NCBI GenBank assembly: GCA_013151235.1
Contig: JAADIO010000032.1
Location: 2,166 to 66,165 of the forward strand
Direction: 5' to 3'
Source: Deltaproteobacteria bacterium
GTDB taxonomy: Bacteria > CG2-30-53-67
DNA length: 64,000 nucleotides
Within the stretch, counting starts at the first letter, position 1, and the number at the start of each line of letters is the position of its first letter. This document shows, piece by piece, positions 58,997 to 64,000 of the stretch. The notes below the pieces were generated by a model. It saw only the letters and a list, made by a program, of their open reading frames with translations, had not been told where the DNA came from and ran no database searches. The translations under genes were made by a program, and so were the position numbers.

Positions 58997-59025
58997 ACTT
59001 TACTTGAAAAACCCTGCAGAGTCAA
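58997..59025 (-). promoter_or_regulatory. sigma-70-type promoter for riboswitch/btuFCD transcript
   Basis: Minus strand TTGACT-17 nt-TAAAGT, immediately upstream of the riboswitch. Confidence 0.4.
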
Positions 59026-59077
59026 GTAGAAAAAGAGGTTCGGAAAGTTCATCTGCGATGAAGGGAATTCGAATTGC

Positions 59078-59106
59078 TTGACAAATCGAAAGGATCTCTC
59101 TATAGT
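59078..59106 (+). promoter_or_regulatory. near-consensus sigma-70 promoter for hsp20
   Basis: TTGACA-17 nt-TATAGT, 38 nt upstream of the hsp20 ATG. RBS 'AAAGGAG'. Confidence 0.5.
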
Positions 59107-59144
59107 TTGTACGTCATTGACACGATGCAGGCAAAGGAGCTTTT

Positions 59145-59585
59145 ATGGCAATCCGACGTTGGGATCCCTTCCAGGATTTTTCCTTGACCCAGGAACGGCT
59201 GAACCACTTCTTTGATGATTCGGTCTATTCGGCGTCGGGTCTGGAGACGGAGAAAAGCTGTGTTTTTATGCCGGCCGTCGATATCTTGGAGACGGGCAAG
59301 GATATTATTCTCCGGGTTGAACTTCCCGGCGTGAGAAAAGAGGATATTGATATTCAGATTGATGGAGAGGTTCTCCACTTACGGGGGGAAAGAAAATTCA
59401 TCCGGGAGACGGGCCGGGAGAAATATTACCGTATGGAATGCTCCTACGGTTCCTTCCAGCGGGCGTTTACTCTTCCACAGAGTATCGTCAAGGAGGAAGT
59501 CCAGGCCCAGTTTGATAAAGGGGTCCTGGAGATCACTTTGCCCATAGAAAAAAAAGAAAAGACCATTCAGGTGGAAGTGGAATAG
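59145..59585 (+). CDS. Hsp20/alpha-crystallin family small heat-shock protein
   Basis: 146 aa with an alpha-crystallin domain ('VDILETGKDIILRVELPGV..', 'G.L.I.LP'). Confidence 0.85.
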   Translation: MAIRRWDPFQDFSLTQERLNHFFDDSVYSASGLETEKSCVFMPAVDILETGKDIILRVELPGVRKEDIDIQIDGEVLHLRGERKFIRETGREKYYRMECSYGSFQRAFTLPQSIVKEEVQAQFDKGVLEITLPIEKKEKTIQVEVE

Positions 59586-59710
59586 AATCTTCCTGAATTC
59601 TTGTCCCCGAAATGAGGTTTTGTTAACTTTTCTTCCTTTCATCAAAGCTGTTTTTTCTGAAGTTTCCCCCAATTCCGTCTTTATATTTGATTTTTTATTT
59701 CCCGGCAACA

Positions 59711-59739
59711 TTGACAGAAGGGGACTCAATAATTATATT
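59711..59739 (+). promoter_or_regulatory. sigma-70-type promoter for dnaK
   Basis: TTGACA-17 nt-TATATT, about 65 nt upstream of the dnaK ATG. A direct repeat 'GACTCA..GACTCA' overlaps the -10 region. Confidence 0.45.
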
Positions 59740-59804
59740 TCAGACAGACTCATATTTTTGAAGAAAAATCTTTTTATTTTCGTTTCATAAGGAGGGACGG
59801 CAAA

Positions 59805-61715
59805 ATGGGTAAGATTATCGGAATTGACCTGGGAACGACCAACTCCGTGGTTGCAGTGATGCAGGGGAATGATCCGGAGGTAATTACGAACGAGGAAGGA
59901 GGTCGGACAACTCCCTCCGTGGTGGCCTACGGCAAAGACGGGACCATTATGGTCGGACAGGTGGCGAAACGGCAGGCGGTCACCAATCCGGAGAATACGA
60001 TCTTCTCCATCAAGCGTTTCATGGGAAGGCGGTACGGGGAAGTCAGTGAGGAGATGCAGCTCGTTCCTTACAAAGTGACCTCCGGGGCGAACAACGAGGC
60101 GAAGGTCGTCGTCAAGGGGAAGGAATATTCACCGCCGGAGATCTCGGCCAAGATTTTGCAGAAGTTGAAAAAGTCGGCTGAGGATTTTCTGGGAGAAAAG
60201 GTGACGGAGGCCGTCATCACGGTTCCCGCCTATTTCAATGACAGTCAGCGACAGGCGACCAAGGATGCTGGAAAGATTGCAGGGCTCGACGTGAAGCGGA
60301 TTATCAATGAACCGACGGCGGCGGCCCTTGCCTACGGCCTGGACAAGAAAAAGGATCAGACGATCGCCGTGTACGATTTCGGCGGCGGCACCTTTGATAT
60401 CTCCATCCTGGAGGTGGGAGACAATGTGGTGGAGGTCAAGGCGACCAACGGTGATACCCATCTCGGCGGGGACAACCTCGACCAGCGGGTCATCGACTGG
60501 CTGATTGCAGAGTTTAAAAAGGACCAGGGAATCGACCTGAGTTCGGATCAGATGGTCCTGCAGCGGCTGAAGGAAGCGGCGGAGAAGGCAAAGATTGAGC
60601 TTTCCACCGTACAGGAGACGGAGATTAACCTTCCCTTCATTACCGCCGACGCTGCCGGTCCGAAGCATATGAATATCAAGTTGACCCGATCGAAATTCGA
60701 GCAACTGATCGAGGACCTGGTGGATCGGAGCAAGGAACCCTGCCGAAAGGCCTTGGCCGATGCGAAGATCTCGGCCGGTGAGGTGGATGAGGTGGTCCTG
60801 GTCGGTGGTTCGACTCGTGTTCCCCTGGTGCAGAAGGTGGTCAAAGAGGTCTTCGGAAAGGAGCCGGGCAAGGGGGTCAATCCGGATGAAGTCGTGGCCA
60901 CGGGTGCGGCCATTCAGGGGGGGGTTCTGGCCGGGGATGTGAAGGATCTTCTGCTTCTTGATGTAACGCCGCTCTCCCTCGGGATCGAGACGCTGGGCGG
61001 TGTGATGACGCGGCTGATCGAACGGAACACGACGATCCCTACCAAGAAGAGCCAGGTCTTCTCCACGGCGGAGGACAATCAGACCAGTGTTGAGATTCAT
61101 GTGCTCCAGGGAGAACGGGAGATGGCCCGGGACAACCGAACGCTGGGACGGTTCCACCTCGTGGGGATTCCCTCGGCACCCCGAGGGCTTCCTCAGATCG
61201 AGGTCTCCTTTGATATCGATGCCAACGGGATTGTGAATGTTTCCGCCAAGGACCTCGGGACCGGGAAGGAGCAACAGATTACGATCACCTCCTCCAGCGG
61301 TCTTGCGGAAGACGAGATTGACCGGATGGTCCATGAAGCCGAGTCCCATGCCGAAGAAGACAAGAAGAGGCGTGAGGCCATTGAGACCAAAAACCAGCTC
61401 GATAGTCTGATCTATAATACGGAAAAGACCTTGAATGAAAACAAGGACAAGCTGACCGAAGAGGACCTTAAAAACGTGGAAGAGGCGCTGGAAGAGGGGA
61501 AGAAGGCGCTCACCTCCGAAGAGACGGAGCCGATGAAGACGGCCATGGAGAAAATTACCCAGGCGTCTCATAAACTGGCGGAAGTTATCTACCAGCAGCA
61601 TGCCCGGCAGCAGGCTGCCGGACCGGAAGGGGGGGGCGGTGAGGCGACGGCCGAACCTGCGTCGGAGGAGGCGGAGGCCGAAGTTGTGGACGCGGAGTTC
61701 GAAGACGAAAAATAG
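59805..61715 (+). CDS. dnaK: molecular chaperone DnaK (Hsp70)
   Basis: '[18 protein letters not shown]', 'DLGGGTFD', and a C-terminal 'EEVD-like' acidic tail. 636 aa. Confidence 0.97.
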   Translation: MGKIIGIDLGTTNSVVAVMQGNDPEVITNEEGGRTTPSVVAYGKDGTIMVGQVAKRQAVTNPENTIFSIKRFMGRRYGEVSEEMQLVPYKVTSGANNEAKVVVKGKEYSPPEISAKILQKLKKSAEDFLGEKVTEAVITVPAYFNDSQRQATKDAGKIAGLDVKRIINEPTAAALAYGLDKKKDQTIAVYDFGGGTFDISILEVGDNVVEVKATNGDTHLGGDNLDQRVIDWLIAEFKKDQGIDLSSDQMVLQRLKEAAEKAKIELSTVQETEINLPFITADAAGPKHMNIKLTRSKFEQLIEDLVDRSKEPCRKALADAKISAGEVDEVVLVGGSTRVPLVQKVVKEVFGKEPGKGVNPDEVVATGAAIQGGVLAGDVKDLLLLDVTPLSLGIETLGGVMTRLIERNTTIPTKKSQVFSTAEDNQTSVEIHVLQGEREMARDNRTLGRFHLVGIPSAPRGLPQIEVSFDIDANGIVNVSAKDLGTGKEQQITITSSSGLAEDEIDRMVHEAESHAEEDKKRREAIETKNQLDSLIYNTEKTLNENKDKLTEEDLKNVEEALEEGKKALTSEETEPMKTAMEKITQASHKLAEVIYQQHARQQAAGPEGGGGEATAEPASEEAEAEVVDAEFEDEK

Positions 61716-61956
61716 GAACGGCACAGCTCACCTCTCTTTTGCCGAATGACTGGTTACGCCTTTGGCGTGACCCGCCTTAGATTTATCTTTGCCGCTTTCA
61801 GCGGCTCTGATGAATAAGGGATCTGGGGGTGTTGCGGTGCTCGAATCCTCAACGTATGACATATACGTTTCCGGTTCTGTGCTCCGCGCGCCTTGTCCTG
61901 CGGTAAAATCGAGGCAACCTGAACGGTTCCACACCATATGAGAAAAGGATACGATT

Positions 61957-62406
61957 ATGTCGATGAAAAAATGGGACCCCTTCCGGGATCTTCTATCGAT
62001 TCAGGACCGGATGAATCAGCTCTTTAATGAAACCCGGGCCCTGCAACCGGAGAGAGGGGAGGACTTCTGCAAGGGAAGTTGGTCGCCGCCGGTCGATATT
62101 TATGAAAACGGTCCCGATATTGTCCTGAAGGCGGAGATCCCGGGGATCTCTCAGGATGAAATCGAAATCAAGATCGAAGACGATACCCTGGTCCTGAAAG
62201 GGGAGAGGAAGTTCCGGAAAAAGACGGATGACGAGAACTATTACCGGATCGAACGTTCCTATGGGACGTTTGTTCGATCCTTTACCCTGCCGAACAGTGT
62301 CGATCAGGAGGGGGTCAAGGCCACCTATGAGGCCGGCGTTCTGAAGATCGTTATGCCGAAAAAAGAAGATAAAAAACCGAAGAGCATCCGGGTGAAAGTC
62401 GATTGA
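61957..62406 (+). CDS. Hsp20 family small heat-shock protein (second copy)
   Basis: 149 aa, paralog of 59145..59585 ('[19 protein letters not shown]'). Confidence 0.85.
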   Translation: MSMKKWDPFRDLLSIQDRMNQLFNETRALQPERGEDFCKGSWSPPVDIYENGPDIVLKAEIPGISQDEIEIKIEDDTLVLKGERKFRKKTDDENYYRIERSYGTFVRSFTLPNSVDQEGVKATYEAGVLKIVMPKKEDKKPKSIRVKVD

Positions 62407-62447
62407 TCCGGGGAACATCTTCGAAAAAGGATCCGATCCGATACGTT

Positions 62448-63368
62448 ATGGCAAAGCGCGGTTATTACGAAATTCTTGGTGTATCACGAAATTCCGGGGC
62501 CGATGAGATCAAGAAGGCCTACCGGAAGCTGGCCCGGAAATATCATCCGGACGTCAACGTGAATTCCAAGGAGGCTGAGGCAAAATTCAAAGAGATCTCC
62601 CAGGCCTATGAGGTGTTGAGCGATCCCGAGAAGAAAAAGCAGTATGATCTCTTCGGGGAAGCGGGAACAGGGCCGGGGGGGAACGGAGCGCGGGGAACCT
62701 CCGCCCGGGGTGCGGGGTTCGATGGTTTCGATTTCAAGGCCGGGAATTTCGGGCGGGGAGGATTCGGCGGGTTTGAGGATATTTTCAGTGATCTCTTTGC
62801 CGGCGGTGGGCGGGCACGACCGAGCGGTCCCCGGAAAGGGCAGGATGTTCAGTATTCCATGGAGATCTCTTTCGAGGATGCTGCAAAGGGACTGAAGACA
62901 AGGATCAGCCGGAACGGAAGCCGGATTTCCGTAAAGATCCCGCCGGGTGTTGACACGGGTTCGAAGATTCGGATTGCCGGGAAAGGGGAGCCTGGTGTGC
63001 GAGGGGGGCCTCCGGGCGATCTTTTTATCGTCACCAAGGTCCGTCCCCATCCCCTCTTCCACAGGAAGGGGGATAATCTCTATCTTGATCTACCCGTTAC
63101 CTTCGCGGAAGCGGCGCTGGGAACCAAGATCCGGGTGATGACCATCGACGGTCCGATCCAGATGACGATCCCCCGGGGGACTCAGAGCGGTCAAAAACTG
63201 CGCCTCAGGGGAAAGGGGATGCCTCACCTCCGGGGAGGAGGAAGAGGAGACCAGTTCGTTGTGGTGAAAGTGGCCGTTCCGAAGAAACTGGATAAAAAAT
63301 CTGAAAAGCTGCTCAGAGAATTTGAACAAATGACCCATGAGGAACCGCGGCGTCATCTGAGGTGGTAG
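62448..63368 (+). CDS. cbpA: class II J-domain co-chaperone (CbpA-like DnaJ homolog lacking the zinc finger)
   Basis: J-domain '[21 protein letters not shown]', a G/F-rich region, and C-terminal CTD I/II. There is no CxxCxGxG repeat. About 306 aa, as for CbpA. Start chosen at 'MAKRGYY'. Confidence 0.75.
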   Translation: MAKRGYYEILGVSRNSGADEIKKAYRKLARKYHPDVNVNSKEAEAKFKEISQAYEVLSDPEKKKQYDLFGEAGTGPGGNGARGTSARGAGFDGFDFKAGNFGRGGFGGFEDIFSDLFAGGGRARPSGPRKGQDVQYSMEISFEDAAKGLKTRISRNGSRISVKIPPGVDTGSKIRIAGKGEPGVRGGPPGDLFIVTKVRPHPLFHRKGDNLYLDLPVTFAEAALGTKIRVMTIDGPIQMTIPRGTQSGQKLRLRGKGMPHLRGGGRGDQFVVVKVAVPKKLDKKSEKLLREFEQMTHEEPRRHLRW

Positions 63369-63369
63369 T

Positions 63370-63732
63370 ATGGTTTCGGAAGAATATTTTACGATCAGTG
63401 CCGTGGCCCGGCAGTTTGACGTGCATCCTCAAACATTGCGTGTCTATGAGCGGGAAGGGCTGATCCATCCGCAACGTTCACCGGGGAATACGAGGCTCTA
63501 TTCCCGGCGGGATATTCAGCGGCTCCGGACGATTCTTAACCTGACCCGGGAGATGGGGGTGAACCTGGCCGGTGTCGAGGTGATCCTCCGGCTCAAGGAA
63601 CAGGTGGAGGCGTTGGAGCAGACGCAGGAAGAGATCCTCCGCTTCGTTATGGAAGAATTGCAGCCGATCAAAGGAAAGAGGGACGCCCTGGTCCGGATTC
63701 GGACGGGGCAACTCTGGAGAAAACAGTCATGA
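63370..63732 (+). CDS. MerR-family heat-shock regulator (HspR/CbpM-like)
   Basis: N-terminal MerR HTH 'YTISAVARQFDVHPQTLRVYEREGLI', 120 aa. Directly follows the cbpA-like gene and precedes clpB. Confidence 0.75.
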   Translation: MVSEEYFTISAVARQFDVHPQTLRVYEREGLIHPQRSPGNTRLYSRRDIQRLRTILNLTREMGVNLAGVEVILRLKEQVEALEQTQEEILRFVMEELQPIKGKRDALVRIRTGQLWRKQS

Positions 63733-64000
63733 GACTTGATCGATTTACATTGAAGGCACAGGAGGCCGTGCAGGAAGGACAGACCCTTGCACGGCAGCTC
63801 GGGCACCAACAGGTTGACGGTGAGCATTTTCTGATGGCACTGCTCCATCAGGAAGGAGGAATCATTATCCCGATCCTGAAGCAGTTGGAGGTCGATCCTT
63901 CGCTGTTGGAAGGAACGTTGCGGGAAATGATGGAGAAGAAGCCGAAGGTCTCCGGCCCCTCGGCTCTGGATCAGATCTATGTAACAAAGGAACTGGAGCA
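63729..64000 (+). CDS. clpB: ClpB disaggregase, N-terminal fragment (continues beyond window)
   Basis: 'MRLDRFTLKAQEAVQEGQTLARQLGHQQVDGEHFLMALL' is the Clp_N repeat. The ORF runs off the end of the window. Confidence 0.85.
   Translation, partial: MRLDRFTLKAQEAVQEGQTLARQLGHQQVDGEHFLMALLHQEGGIIIPILKQLEVDPSLLEGTLREMMEKKPKVSGPSALDQIYVTKELE

Noticed and set aside
60129-61724. 531-aa minus-strand ORF
   Set aside because: This is the classic long antisense ORF within dnaK. dnaK identity is unambiguous.
61820-61860. tRNA-like T-arm fragment 'GGTGCTCGAATCC'
   Set aside because: There is no complementary T-stem, acceptor stem or anticodon arm. It is only a chance GTTCGAATC-like pentamer in the dnaK to hsp20 spacer.
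1-64000. CRISPR arrays, transposases, integrases, rRNA
   Set aside because: No direct-repeat/spacer periodicity, no DDE or tyrosine-recombinase-like ORFs, and no rRNA-like conserved stretches were seen in any intergenic region.

Overview
This window looks like a high-GC (about 57%) chromosomal segment from an anaerobic bacterium, possibly Desulfobacterota- or Nitrospirota-like (inference, low confidence). It is gene-dense and has no transposase, integrase, CRISPR array, rRNA or tRNA that I can support.

The window falls into four blocks:
1. Positions 1-24130, minus strand: an exopolysaccharide locus of the PEP-CTERM/exosortase type. It carries an O-antigen-ligase-like polymerase, a NodU/CmcH carbamoyltransferase, two polysaccharide deacetylases, and GT4 and GT2 glycosyltransferases including an internally duplicated fused GT2. 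It also carries an asparagine-synthase-like amidotransferase, a hexapeptide acetyltransferase, a radical SAM/SPASM enzyme, a Tat-signal DUF362 protein, a formyltransferase, a CelD-like GNAT, a FemAB-like protein, EpsI, an exosortase with the CSGLRS motif, and an NAD-dependent epimerase.
2. Positions 24392-34150, plus strand: a complete T2SS/type-IV-pilus-like machine. It consists of a pseudopilin, a GspE ATPase, a GspF platform protein, GspL/M/C-like proteins, a secretin and a TPR protein. It ends in a sigma-54-type promoter driving a PEP-CTERM-anchored protein with a clean intrinsic terminator.
3. Positions 35188-45574: a small membrane protein, a YcgR-like PilZ protein, a GH57 glucan-branching enzyme, a DUF1844 protein, an AsmA-family protein, an OsmC-like protein, and a cytoplasmic PAS-GAF histidine kinase with a sigma-54 NtrC-type regulator.
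4. Positions 45663-55856: a translationally coupled operon, which is the most unusual part of the window. It contains a receiver-like protein, two MtaA/URO-D-family methyltransferases, an AhpD/CMD-like protein, an MtrH-like pterin methyltransferase, a corrinoid protein, a 4Fe-4S protein, a RACo-type reductive activator, a small Cys-containing ORF, a threonine-synthase-fold cysteate-synthase-like PLP enzyme, and a fused ComDE-like sulfopyruvate decarboxylase. This looks like an archaeal-style corrinoid methyl-transfer system physically coupled to sulfonate (coenzyme-M-like) biosynthesis.

Next to that operon is a btuFCD-like ABC importer under a cobalamin riboswitch, divergent from a heat-shock block (hsp20, dnaK, hsp20, cbpA-like J-protein, MerR HspR/CbpM-like, clpB start) with near-consensus sigma-70 promoters.
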